This document shows positions 54,942 through 64,000 of a stretch of 64,000 bases of DNA, one piece after another; within the stretch, counting starts at the first letter, position 1, and each line of letters starts with the position of its first letter. A program made the position numbers and the translations under genes. The notes under the pieces are model-generated. The model had not been told where the DNA came from and searched no databases. It worked only from the letters and a program-made list of their open reading frames with translations. The DNA comes from a virus. Its lineage: Duplodnaviria > Caudoviricetes. The DNA lies in IMG/VR virus record IMGVR_UViG_2814123113_000001, positions 1-64,000 of that record. The stretch is one strand, 5' to 3'.

Positions 54942-56158
54942 GCCGCCCTCCCAAGCTGAGTATCGTCGAGCGCGCCGTAGAGGATCACGCTACGAATAAT
55001 CCCGTCGGCGGGTGTCAGCCCGCCACTGCGATGGCCGATATCCAGCCGATCGAACGGACCGGCCGGGGCCGTGGTCGAGCCCGCGAAGACGGTACCGTCC
55101 CAAGCCGTTTTGACCGACCCGTCCGCCAGCTCGCGCACCGCGCCTCGCAGGATGCGCGCGCCGGGTCGGGTGGCGCTGGTGCCGGTGATGACCCCGCCAC
55201 CGTCCGACGCGCGGGCCGTACCGCCGGCCGACCTTTCCAGCGTGATCCGGCCGCCTGCCGTCTGCGCCAGCGACGCAAAGGTCTGCGTCGCAACCTGGCC
55301 AAGATCGCCCAGGGCTTCGAGCGCGACAGACAAGCTCACCGGCAAGGTCAGCGCCGAGGCGAGATTGACCAAAGGCACGTCGCCCGCCCGCGTAACTGCC
55401 GCGCCGTTGGTCGGGATCGGCGAGCTGACAACCGCACCCTCCTCGAGCTGCGGAAGAATGACGTAGACGCTAGAGCCCGAGTTGATCGAAAGAGCAAAGA
55501 CCCGGGCGGTAGAAACGGGCGATGCTGTTGCGGTCTGGCGCACATAGCCCGACGTCAGGCTGAAAGACGTACCGATATTCTCGCCGCCAATCGACGTTCT
55601 AAAGCGCGCCGCCCCCGAACCGCGAACGTAGGCCGACCACGTGTGAGGGTTGGTGTTGGCCACCGGGCCGGTTATCGAAAGAAACGCCGTCGATACCCCG
55701 AGGCTGTTGTCAACGAAGAAAACCTTGCCTCCGGTGACGACGCCAGAGAGCCCAGCGGCTTCCAGTGCGGCAACGTCATCGACAAGTTGCAGAGTGGCCG
55801 CCGCATCGCCCCCCATTGACACGCCAGCGGTCACCGTCGGGTTGGCGTTGTTGATACCAACCCTGTTCGTCCGCGCGCCCTCGACCAACAGCCCACGATC
55901 CGTGATCCGTGGCGCACCGGCCGGGAACTGGATCAGCTTGCCGCCGCTGTCGTCGAACAGACCCACCGACGCCCGCGAAAACGACCAGCCCGGCACCTTC
56001 TCCGGGCTGGCGTAGCGCGTGCCGCGATACCAGTAGTAGGGCCGCCCACCGGTGCGGGCGCCCTGAAAGTCCATGATGAGCTGCGCGCCCATCTGGATCT
56101 CGGCGAGATACGGCGCTTCCTGGCGCAGCGCCGTGCCGACCGCTCCGGTGATCGCCAT
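54938..56158 (-). CDS. Head/tail spike-fibre protein with LamG-like domain
   Basis: FSRAS, PRIT.RGLLVEGARTN, QLEEG...SSPIPT.GAAVTRAGD. Confidence 0.7.
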   Translation of the reverse strand: MAITGAVGTALRQEAPYLAEIQMGAQLIMDFQGARTGGRPYYWYRGTRYASPEKVPGWSFSRASVGLFDDSGGKLIQFPAGAPRITDRGLLVEGARTNRVGINNANPTVTAGVSMGGDAAATLQLVDDVAALEAAGLSGVVTGGKVFFVDNSLGVSTAFLSITGPVANTNPHTWSAYVRGSGAARFRTSIGGENIGTSFSLTSGYVRQTATASPVSTARVFALSINSGSSVYVILPQLEEGAVVSSPIPTNGAAVTRAGDVPLVNLASALTLPVSLSVALEALGDLGQVATQTFASLAQTAGGRITLERSAGGTARASDGGGVITGTSATRPGARILRGAVRELADGSVKTAWDGTVFAGSTTAPAGPFDRLDIGHRSGGLTPADGIIRSVILYGALDDTQLGRAA

Positions 56159-56161
56159 GGC

Positions 56162-56749
56162 TTAGACCACCAGGTCCAGCTCGATGACGAACTTTTCGCC
56201 CGAGACGGCGGCGAAGCCGTCCAGCGTCGACAGCACCAGCGTCAGCACGCCGTCGGCCGGATCGACCGGTACGCCCTGCGGGTTGCTGAGCACGCCGGCA
56301 TATTCCAGGCAGTTCGACCCGGCCGCCGCGCCCGAAATCGGGTTGGCGAAGTCGATCCAGCCCCGGCGCGAGGCGCGGTTCGCATAGACCAGCGGCGCCG
56401 GGTCATTGTCGGCCGCCGGCAGCGAGGCGGGCAGCGCATCGTTCACGATCGCCCGAAAGCGCACGCTGGCGTTGCTGGTCTGGTCGCGGATCAGGCGGGC
56501 GGCGACGATCAGGCCCGACGGGATGCCGGCGGCCTTGATGTCGAACTGAAACTTGACGTCGCCCGCCGCGCCGATCGCGTCGCCCGCGATATAGGCGGTC
56601 GTGTTGGCGGGCCTCGTGACCTCGCGCTGCAGGGCGACCACTTCGGAGTGGTGAACCGGGCGGTTGACGCCATCGGTCGGGGTGCGAACCGCCATCGGCG
56701 TCGGGAGGCCGGCGGCGTCGAGCATGTTCTTCGATTGCATCACGGACAT
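56162..56749 (-). CDS. Hypothetical structural protein
   Basis: VTRPANTTAYIAGDAIG motif; RBS. Confidence 0.65.
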   Translation of the reverse strand: MSVMQSKNMLDAAGLPTPMAVRTPTDGVNRPVHHSEVVALQREVTRPANTTAYIAGDAIGAAGDVKFQFDIKAAGIPSGLIVAARLIRDQTSNASVRFRAIVNDALPASLPAADNDPAPLVYANRASRRGWIDFANPISGAAAGSNCLEYAGVLSNPQGVPVDPADGVLTLVLSTLDGFAAVSGEKFVIELDLVV

Positions 56750-56764
56750 GGGTTCGGATCTCCT

Positions 56765-58258
56765 TTAGGCGAACCAGGCCAGCCACTGGCCAGAGGCCAG
56801 GGGGCTGTTGAAGGCGGGAAGGTTGATCGCGGGCGGCGCGGCGGCGCTCTCGCCGCCGGTCACCGCGAAGTTGTTGGGCGTGATCTGGCGGACCAGTTCG
56901 GTCGCCCAGGCCGTCGTCAGGCCGGTCTTGCCGGCCGGGCCGGTGACCACGGCGGGCGTTCCGGCCAGGGCCATGACGTACACGTCGCCGCCGCCGGCCT
57001 TCATGACCTCGACGCGATAGTTGGCCGCCAAGCCCGCCGGGACGTAGATGAAATTCAGGCCCTGCGAGGTGCAGGCGATCAGCTTGGCGTTGTCGCCCGC
57101 CGACAGCACGCGGCTCGACGCGGCTTCCTGCACCGTCTGGCCCGTGACGGCCGACAGCGCCGACAGCGCCGCCCCGACCGTGACGTTCGCCGAGGTCGCG
57201 GCGGCGTTGGCCGCGTCGGCCGCCGTGTTGGCGTCGCCGGTGGCGGCGTTGGCGGCGACCGTCGCGGCGGCGGCTTCGGTCGCCCTCTGGTCGGCCAGGG
57301 TCGCCTTGCCGTCCGCGAAGTTGGCCTTGGTGTTGGCCAGGGCGGCGGCGGTGTTGGCGGCGGCTGTGGCCGCGTCGGCCGCTTCCTTGGCCGCCTGCGC
57401 CGCCGAGGCCTTCTGATCGGCCAGGGTGGCCTTTTGGTCGGCCAGGGTCGCCTTGGCGTCGGCGAGCGCGGCTTTCTCGTTGGCGAGGTCGGCCGCGTCA
57501 TCGGCGAGGCCCGCCTTGTCGTTGGCGTTGGTCGCCGCCGCATTGGCCGCCGCCGTGGCCGCGACCGCTGCTGTCGTCGCGGCGATCACATTGGCCGTCG
57601 CCGCGCCGCCGAAATCGGCCGCGTCGTCGGGATCGGTGACCAGGCCGCCGTCACCGACCCAGGCGCCGACCGTCGGCTTGACGCCGCCGCCGCCCGCCCA
57701 GTCGATCACCTTCAGCAGGCGATGCGGCGGGTCGGTCGCATCGTCGGTGGCCAGCACGGGCGTCCAGCCGTTCCACCCCGCCGCGCCGCGCGTGCCGCGA
57801 ACCACGCGGGCTTGGCCCGGGCCACGGATCACTGTCAGGGACGGGCCGCTCGAGGGCAGGGGAAGCGAGGCAAACGAGCCGCCGACCGAAAGCCCGGTCT
57901 GGATCCGCACGGTGGCGACAAACACCACTTCGGTCGTGCCGTCCGGACGGGTCCAGGACTGCTCGACGTCATAGACGCCCTCGGGCCACGTCTGCAGCTG
58001 GGGCGCGCGGACGCGCGGGCCGACCAGGTTGGGCGCGGTCACCTGCAGGCTTCCGTCCTCGGTCGACAGCAGGATGGGCTCCGCCGCCTGGCCCAGGACC
58101 GGCGCGCGGCGCTTGAGCGTCAGATAGTGGTCGTAGGCGGTGATGTCCTCGGCCTGGTCCGCGCCGTCGCCGGCGTCGAGGCGGAAGGCCACGTCGATCA
58201 ACCAGTCGCCGTCCGTAAAGACGGTGTCCCAGGGTTCGCGAAGGGTCGCGGTGCTCAT
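56765..58258 (-). CDS. Tail fibre / appendage protein with coiled-coil repeats
   Basis: BppU-like N-terminus, GWTPVLA...LKVIDWAGG, KATLADQ heptads. Confidence 0.75.
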   Translation of the reverse strand: MSTATLREPWDTVFTDGDWLIDVAFRLDAGDGADQAEDITAYDHYLTLKRRAPVLGQAAEPILLSTEDGSLQVTAPNLVGPRVRAPQLQTWPEGVYDVEQSWTRPDGTTEVVFVATVRIQTGLSVGGSFASLPLPSSGPSLTVIRGPGQARVVRGTRGAAGWNGWTPVLATDDATDPPHRLLKVIDWAGGGGVKPTVGAWVGDGGLVTDPDDAADFGGAATANVIAATTAAVAATAAANAAATNANDKAGLADDAADLANEKAALADAKATLADQKATLADQKASAAQAAKEAADAATAAANTAAALANTKANFADGKATLADQRATEAAAATVAANAATGDANTAADAANAAATSANVTVGAALSALSAVTGQTVQEAASSRVLSAGDNAKLIACTSQGLNFIYVPAGLAANYRVEVMKAGGGDVYVMALAGTPAVVTGPAGKTGLTTAWATELVRQITPNNFAVTGGESAAAPPAINLPAFNSPLASGQWLAWFA

Positions 58259-58335
58259 CAGGGGCTCCAGGCATAGGGGGTCGCGCGAGCGCCTGCGGGC
58301 GTCGCGGTGATGCGAACGGCGTTCGCATGGTTGGG

Positions 58336-58911
58336 TCAGGTCAGGTCGGGCACCGGGTAGTCGGCGAACCGCTGCGAAGCGGCCTCTTCCAGGCCGCCCG
58401 GAATGTCGGCGAGGTCGGGAACCGCTAGGCGAAAGACGCCCGTCCCGCGCCCGCTCGGCAGGGCGATTTCGACCTGTTCGAGGTCATCCCATTCCGGCCG
58501 CCAGGCGAGCCGCGTGAAGGGGTCGCTTTCGAGCTGGTCTGTCAGGTCGGCGCGATGATCCGAGAAGCCGCAATAGCGCCCCGCCGGATCGAACAAGGCG
58601 ACCTTGAGAGGGCGCGCCGCATAAGAGACGCGCTCTAGCTCGATGGCCTTTTCAACTGCCGAGGCCAGCCCGCCAAACATTTGAGCGAGCGCGGCCTGTC
58701 GATCAGCCTCGACCGCGCCCGCCGCGTCGATCGCGGTCAATAGGCCCGAAAAGGCCCGGGCGATAACCTCTTGCAACCGGGCCGCCTCGGCGGCGGCCAG
58801 GCGCTCGCGGTCGGCCTCATCACGGGCCGCCAAGGCCGTCGCGACAGCCTCGGCGACCTTGGCTTCGATCAACGCATTGACCGAGGGCGGATCGGCTTGC
58901 TGCTCTTCCAT
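58336..58911 (-). CDS. Hypothetical protein
   Basis: GGGAGG RBS before MEEQQAD. Confidence 0.65.
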   Translation of the reverse strand: MEEQQADPPSVNALIEAKVAEAVATALAARDEADRERLAAAEAARLQEVIARAFSGLLTAIDAAGAVEADRQAALAQMFGGLASAVEKAIELERVSYAARPLKVALFDPAGRYCGFSDHRADLTDQLESDPFTRLAWRPEWDDLEQVEIALPSGRGTGVFRLAVPDLADIPGGLEEAASQRFADYPVPDLT

Positions 58912-58922
58912 AGCCTCCCTCC

Positions 58923-61900
58923 CTATCCGTTGTAGATCGCGGTCGGCAGCAGCTTCACGCGGTTGACGTACAGTTGCGGCGAGCCGCCCGCCGGGTTGGC
59001 GAAGGCCACGGGCGTGAAGTTGATGTAGCCAGAGCCGGGCAACCGCAGATGCACGGGAACCGTCAGGGTCGCCGGGTTGCCGGGTTCCACAAGCGCGGCG
59101 TCCCAGCCCGTAAAGAACGACCCGAACCCGCCGGTTACAGCCAGGTTGATCCAGAGCCCGACCTGATTGACCAGATCGTCGTTCACAGCCGCGACGTAGT
59201 AGGTCAGTTGGATGGTCGTGTAGGCCCCGCCGCCGCCCCGAACCTCGACGCTGATCCCCGAACCGATCACCGACGGAGATCCGGCCGACGCCGACAACAG
59301 AGTCGAGCCCGACCAATCGACGAGCCCAGCGTTCGCGATGGCCCCGGCCTTGATGTAGTAGGTATCAAGCTGCCCCGTCACCAAGCGGTCGGCCGTGATC
59401 GAGAACGCCGAGACCTTGTCAGCCGTGACCGCGCCAGCCGCCAGCTTGTCGGTCGAGACAGCGCCCGCCCCGATATAAGCCGCGCTCACGGTCCCGGCGG
59501 TCAGCCGGTCGCCCGTAATCGAGCCCGCCGCGATTTCGTTCGCCGTCACCGCCCCGGCCGCCAGCTTGGTGGTCGTGATGGCGCCTGACTGGATTTCCAG
59601 CGCCGAGACAGCGCCCGCCGCGATCTTGCCCGCCGCCACGGACCCAGCCGCCAGCTTGGGGGTCTGGATCGAGCCGTCCTGAATTTGCGTCGTGGTGATC
59701 TGGCCAGCGAGCTTGACCGCCGACAGCGCCGCAATCTGGCTATCGCCGATCGTGCCGGCGATGTCGGCCGCCGCCACGCCCGTGACCCAGGCCCCGGCCA
59801 CATAGCGATAGAGCTTGCCGTCGCTCGCCACGCGGATGGTCTTGGGGCCAGCGTAGCCCGAAGGGCTGGGCAGGGTCGGGAAGACGCCGACCGGTTCAAG
59901 ATCGGCTGGGAAGTCGGCGATTGCGAGACTGTCGGTCGTGGCTGCGAACATGTCCGTCGGCCCGGCCGGGTACCAACCCGAGACGTTGCCCGAACGGTCG
60001 ATCGCTCGAAGGGCGTAGTAGCGGGTTACACCGCTATCCAGACCCGATCGCGTCCAGCCGTTGCGACCGCCGGCGTATCCCGCGACCGTGGCCACCTTCT
60101 GCGCCGTGAACCGATCATTCCAGCTAGATTCCCAAAGCTCGATCTTGTCGAGATCCGCGTCTGACGGATCGGTCCAGCGCAGGAAGATCGAGCCCATGGA
60201 CGTGTCGGCCGAGATCGAAGACGGCGCCCCTGGCGGCGTGGTGTCCGGCGTCAGGGGCGGCGCGACAAGGGCGCCCGTCGTCAAGGTGATCCAGCTGCTG
60301 GGCGTGATCGCCCGTCCAGGCGCGCCGAGGGGCACCAGGCGCACCTGGATCACGCCGGATGACGGCACGCCGGCGGTCACGTTCATGACGCCCGCACTGA
60401 CCTCGCCGGTCGTCGTCGGCGTCACGTCCGTTCCGCCGTTCGGCCGGATCTCGGCGCGGATCTGGGTGATCGCCGCGTCCACCGGCGTTGTCCAGGACAC
60501 GCGAACGGCGGGCAGCGCGCTGCCGTCCGTCCCCGTCAAGGTGATCGCCGTCGCCGCAACACCCGCCAGGGCCAAAGCCCCCACCGGCGTGACGACGGGC
60601 GTCGGCGCAGGCTCTACCGCCAGGGCGCCGAAGCCATAGACCGCATAGGCGGTTTCCTCGAGCACCAGGGTGTTCCGCCAGGCCTCGTCGAGCGCGTACT
60701 TGTTGACGCGCATGGTGACCGTCTCGCCCTTGGTCCGGTAGTCGGACGTGTAGGTGATCCAGTCGCCTTCCTCGAGGCCGGCGAATTTCGGCGGCAGGGT
60801 CAGCAGGCCGCGCCGCTCGAGGCGGGCGCCGCGCCGCTTGATCTCGCCGATCCGCAGCGCCTGGCTGCGATGGCGCACCAGGTTCAGCGAGAGAGAGGTC
60901 TCCTTAGGGCCGCCGTCGCTCAGAATGTCGGTGTCGTCGCGCAGCACGCCCGCCGTCGTCATGGCGAACTTCTGGCTGGGTTCGACATAGCTGACGACCA
61001 CGCTGTTGATGCGGTCCGCGTCGGAAACCTCGTTTGACCACTGCACCGATCCGCCGACGACCAGGTCATCATCGGTGATCGCCGCGACAGGCGACTTGGC
61101 TTGGCCTGGCTCGACCGCCACGCCGCCCTCCGGCTGGATCACAAAGCCGGCCATGGCGTCGGCGAACCACTGCTCAACCGTGTTGAAGTCCTGGTCGGCG
61201 CTGATCACCCCGCCGACACGGTAGCGCGGCTCGTTATAGGTCAGGCCGGTCGCCGTGTCGGTCCAGGAGACGACCTCGTCACAGAGGTTCGCGGGCGCGA
61301 AGACGCGGGCGGGCGGGGCCTCATAGGCCGACAGACCCCGACCCAGCATCAGCGACGCGGGCTGATCCACCTGGTCCAGGAAGTAGACGCCGCGACTGAT
61401 GTTGTATCGGCAGATCTCTGTGTTTTCGGTCCACTCGCGGGTGCTGGGATCATCCCAGCGATGCGCACCTGAACCGCCCGGGACCGTGCTGTCCTTGCGC
61501 GGGTCGTAGCAGAGCAGGCCCTTGACCACCCAAAGGAAGCTGGGGCGCCCCGTGGTCCAGATCGGGTTCTTCGCATCGGGGGCGTCGGCCTTGTAGGCCA
61601 CGATCACCCGCGCCACGCCTTGCAGCGCGCCCGTGGCGGTCGCTGGGCCCAGGCCCGAGAGGTCTGAGGGCAGCGCGGCGTCGGTCGCCGTCCCGGCGCG
61701 CCAGTAGACGCGCAGCTGGTTGTTATAGCCGGCGACAAAGCCGTCACCCGAAAAGGCGCGATAGTTGTCGCCCTCATAGAAGCCGACCAGGCTGTGGCAG
61801 CGGTGATCAGCCACGGCGATCACCAAGACGTTCCAGTCCGTGCCGTTCGCACCGCCGAACCAATAGGCGTCAACAAGCGAGCCGCCCGTCCCGGCCTCGC

Positions 61901-62213
61901 CCACGATCGCTTCGCGGGGAACCTCGCCCACCGACAGCTGCTGGACCGAGGCCTGCCGATCGCGCGCGGCGGCGGCCTTGGAGCCGCTCACCTTGGACAG
62001 CGCGAAGGTGGCGGCGGCCTGATAGAGGATCGAGCCGTAGACGACCAGGAAGTTGCCGACCGCCGCCGCGATACCGGCCCCGGCGACGACATTGATCGCC
62101 GAGACAATCAGCGTGGTGATTGGGTCGGCATGCGCCATCGTCGGCGCCGCCAGGGCCACGACCGCCGTGACCGCGAAGACGCGCAGGCGCGCAGCGTGCT
62201 TTGGGGAGATCAT
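58923..62213 (-). CDS. Tail tip / central fibre protein (J-like, FN3 domains)
   Basis: VKGLLCYDPR, AANLCDE-like motif, FN3 DTTPPGAP...YYALRAIDRSGNVS, AGAVTA.K repeats. Confidence 0.85.
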   Translation of the reverse strand: MISPKHAARLRVFAVTAVVALAAPTMAHADPITTLIVSAINVVAGAGIAAAVGNFLVVYGSILYQAAATFALSKVSGSKAAAARDRQASVQQLSVGEVPREAIVGEAGTGGSLVDAYWFGGANGTDWNVLVIAVADHRCHSLVGFYEGDNYRAFSGDGFVAGYNNQLRVYWRAGTATDAALPSDLSGLGPATATGALQGVARVIVAYKADAPDAKNPIWTTGRPSFLWVVKGLLCYDPRKDSTVPGGSGAHRWDDPSTREWTENTEICRYNISRGVYFLDQVDQPASLMLGRGLSAYEAPPARVFAPANLCDEVVSWTDTATGLTYNEPRYRVGGVISADQDFNTVEQWFADAMAGFVIQPEGGVAVEPGQAKSPVAAITDDDLVVGGSVQWSNEVSDADRINSVVVSYVEPSQKFAMTTAGVLRDDTDILSDGGPKETSLSLNLVRHRSQALRIGEIKRRGARLERRGLLTLPPKFAGLEEGDWITYTSDYRTKGETVTMRVNKYALDEAWRNTLVLEETAYAVYGFGALAVEPAPTPVVTPVGALALAGVAATAITLTGTDGSALPAVRVSWTTPVDAAITQIRAEIRPNGGTDVTPTTTGEVSAGVMNVTAGVPSSGVIQVRLVPLGAPGRAITPSSWITLTTGALVAPPLTPDTTPPGAPSSISADTSMGSIFLRWTDPSDADLDKIELWESSWNDRFTAQKVATVAGYAGGRNGWTRSGLDSGVTRYYALRAIDRSGNVSGWYPAGPTDMFAATTDSLAIADFPADLEPVGVFPTLPSPSGYAGPKTIRVASDGKLYRYVAGAWVTGVAAADIAGTIGDSQIAALSAVKLAGQITTTQIQDGSIQTPKLAAGSVAAGKIAAGAVSALEIQSGAITTTKLAAGAVTANEIAAGSITGDRLTAGTVSAAYIGAGAVSTDKLAAGAVTADKVSAFSITADRLVTGQLDTYYIKAGAIANAGLVDWSGSTLLSASAGSPSVIGSGISVEVRGGGGAYTTIQLTYYVAAVNDDLVNQVGLWINLAVTGGFGSFFTGWDAALVEPGNPATLTVPVHLRLPGSGYINFTPVAFANPAGGSPQLYVNRVKLLPTAIYNG

Positions 62214-62608
62214 CAGCCCGCGCTCCACGCCAGAACCATGGCGGATCTCGGCAAGCGCTCTTGTCCGCGCTCGCCGGGCCCCACCAGGGTGTCACCTTCA
62301 ACGATGGCCAGCTGCAGCCGGCCTTCCAGATCCCGCCAGCCGGCGACATCGCCGCGCTGGGCATGCCCAGGGGCGACCGGCGTCAAGACGGCGCCCACCG
62401 CCGCCTCCAGGCCGCCCAGGCTGGCGATCAGCCGGGTCGCCTCCGCAGCCGATCGCCATTGGCCGCGATAGACCGCCAAGGGATCCTCGCCCGTCAGCGC
62501 CTGGACCGCGCCCGCCGCGAAGGTGACGCAGTCGTGCTCTCCCCATGCGAACGGCGTTCGCATGTGCGACGCCACAAACAAGTGCAGCGCCTCGTAATCG
62601 CGGACCAT
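62213..62608 (-). CDS. NlpC/P60-like tail protein (DUF6950-like)
   Basis: PFAWGEHDCVTFAA and AQRGDV. Confidence 0.8.
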   Translation of the reverse strand: MVRDYEALHLFVASHMRTPFAWGEHDCVTFAAGAVQALTGEDPLAVYRGQWRSAAEATRLIASLGGLEAAVGAVLTPVAPGHAQRGDVAGWRDLEGRLQLAIVEGDTLVGPGERGQERLPRSAMVLAWSAG

Positions 62609-62619
62609 GGCGGGCCGTC

Positions 62620-63252
62620 CTACTCTTGGAATTTGTCGAGGTAGCCGCCGGCAACGACGGCCGGATAGGTCACGGACGTGACAGTCGAGGGGATCTTACC
62701 GCCCCAGTAGATGGTCTTGGTTCCGGCGTAGCTGACGGCCTTGAAACCATCGTCGCCTGGAGCGTTCAGCTGCTGGTCGGCGGCGCTTCGCATGCGACCG
62801 CGGAATCGCCCCAGCCCGCGCGCTGCGCCCTCGATCATGGCGCTCAGCGTCGCTTCGCCGCCCACCGTCTCGTCGCTCACCAGCTGGTCAAGCCGGCCTC
62901 GCGTAAACACCTTGGCGTCCAGCAAGGTCTGGCCATTGCGATCAAACAGCAGCCGCCAGATGACCGTCGGCGCGTTGCGGATGGCGGTCTGGTCCAGCAG
63001 CGCCAGGACGGCAGGCTCGAGGCCGCTCAGCGTCAAGGTCGTTTCCTGCGCTGCGCCGCCCAGGGCGCCGGCCGAGACCTGAGCCAGGCCCCGATCGCCG
63101 ATGCCCTGAAAGACCAGGTCGCCCAAGGTCAGAACGCCAAAGCCGCCCCAGACCTGCACCGGGTTGGGCGCGGTGACGATCTGCACCGCCCCGGTGACAA
63201 TGGCCCCGCCAGCCTCCAGCGCCTCGAGCGCCGCCGTTGAGAACACCTTCAT
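62620..63252 (-). CDS. Tail hub / gpL-like protein
   Basis: VWGGFG.L, FQGIG, TLSG, RSAADQQ..PGDDGF, IYWG. Confidence 0.7.
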   Translation of the reverse strand: MKVFSTAALEALEAGGAIVTGAVQIVTAPNPVQVWGGFGVLTLGDLVFQGIGDRGLAQVSAGALGGAAQETTLTLSGLEPAVLALLDQTAIRNAPTVIWRLLFDRNGQTLLDAKVFTRGRLDQLVSDETVGGEATLSAMIEGAARGLGRFRGRMRSAADQQLNAPGDDGFKAVSYAGTKTIYWGGKIPSTVTSVTYPAVVAGGYLDKFQE

Positions 63253-63932
63253 GACGCCAGGTCCTGGATGCCGGCCACAACGCCCGAAATGGATCCGCTT
63301 CGATCGACGTCGCCGAGCTCGGTCTCGCCGGGGATCAACTTCATCAGGCAGGCCGGGTTGTCGAAATGCGCCACCGCGCCCGGCGGGACGATCAGATGCA
63401 CGGCCGGCCGGACGATGAGCTCCGCCCAACCTTCGCCGGTCGCTTGTGCCGCCGCCTGGACGCGCACCAGGGCGCGCCGGTCTTCGCCGCCCGTGGTCCA
63501 GCGGAAGCCGACATAGTCGCCCAGGCTGAGAACCATGTTGGCGGGCAAGCCCGACAGCACCAGCTGGGGCTCATTCTCCGAGCTCGTCGCCCTGGACCAG
63601 GTCGACGCCGCCCCATCGAAAGCCCCGCCGGCGGCGCGCGCCAGGCCCGCCAGCTGGGTCTCGAGATAGGCCAGAGGGTAGGGGCGGCGATAGTCACGGC
63701 CCAGGAAGTAGCGGCCCGGGCCGTCCAGGCGGTTGACGAAGGCTCGCCACTCGTCCGACCCGGGCGCGCCCAGGCCCTTGCCCAGGGTGTACTTGCCGTA
63801 CCAGAGCGGCCAGCCAGAGGCGACGGACGACACGCGCGCGCCCGATGTTGGCGACAAGCGATCGACGCGGCGAGGCTCGAACGTTATCGCGCCAGGCCCC
63901 TTGGAGGGCATGGCGAGCGGGAACGTGGGCAT
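63249..63932 (-). CDS. Distal tail protein
   Basis: WRAFVNRLDG...F...DYRRPYP; follows the tape measure gene. Confidence 0.7.
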   Translation of the reverse strand: MPTFPLAMPSKGPGAITFEPRRVDRLSPTSGARVSSVASGWPLWYGKYTLGKGLGAPGSDEWRAFVNRLDGPGRYFLGRDYRRPYPLAYLETQLAGLARAAGGAFDGAASTWSRATSSENEPQLVLSGLPANMVLSLGDYVGFRWTTGGEDRRALVRVQAAAQATGEGWAELIVRPAVHLIVPPGAVAHFDNPACLMKLIPGETELGDVDRSGSISGVVAGIQDLAS

Positions 63933-63943
63933 GTCGGCTCCTG

Positions 63944-64000
63944 TTAGACTCTGCGCCGGTTCTTGGCGTCGATATAGGCGGCGACCGCGTTCTCCTTGAA
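63944..64000 (-). CDS. 3' end of a probable tape measure gene (partial)
   Basis: ...FKENAVAAYIDAKNRRRV-stop directly upstream of the distal tail gene; identity inferred from position. Confidence 0.45.
   Translation of the reverse strand, partial: FKENAVAAYIDAKNRRRV

Larger units (their letters stand above)
1219..62560. repeat. Dispersed 13-bp palindrome CGAACGSCGTTCG (15 perfect copies)
   Basis: Perfect copies start at 1219, 11464, 12194, 17532, 19280, 23183, 25255, 31354, 37614, 37831, 46086, 50315, 53111, 58313, 62548; one-mismatch copies at 4527, 26680, 42145, 44849. Confidence 0.95.
51443..64000. mobile_element. Prophage 2 (partial): lysis cassette and tail-tip module of a second, related siphovirus
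   Basis: Second set of spanins, endolysin, holin-like pair, fibres, tail tip, NlpC/P60 and distal tail, different in sequence from the set at 1-13 kb. Confidence 0.9.

Overview
High-GC window made entirely of temperate-phage DNA; an Alphaproteobacterial, probably Caulobacterales, host is my inference. It holds two different lambda-like siphovirus prophages back to back. Prophage 1 (1 to ~51.4 kb) is nearly complete. Its minus strand carries cro/cII, replication and methylation genes, a NusG-like late regulator, terminase, head, tail and lysis genes. Its plus strand carries cI, a WYL-TerB gene and an early operon ending in a large serine recombinase. Prophage 2 (~51.45 kb to the end) contributes its lysis cassette and tail-tip genes, with no host gene between the two. 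The strongest unexplained signal is a 13-bp palindrome, CGAACG(G/C)CGTTCG. I found 15 perfect copies by eye across both prophages, in all three codon frames, and prophage 1 encodes a large ParB-family protein, which recalls the KorB/OB system. Other highlights are twin covarying hairpins plus a terminator between the NusG paralog and terminase, a 51-unit two-letter Gly-Tyr/Gly-Asp repeat gene, a phage acyl carrier protein, a -1 frameshift in the tail chaperone, a frameshifted C5 methyltransferase and a tRNA-like att candidate in the integrase 3' end. All family assignments come from motif recognition and gene order; no database searches were run.
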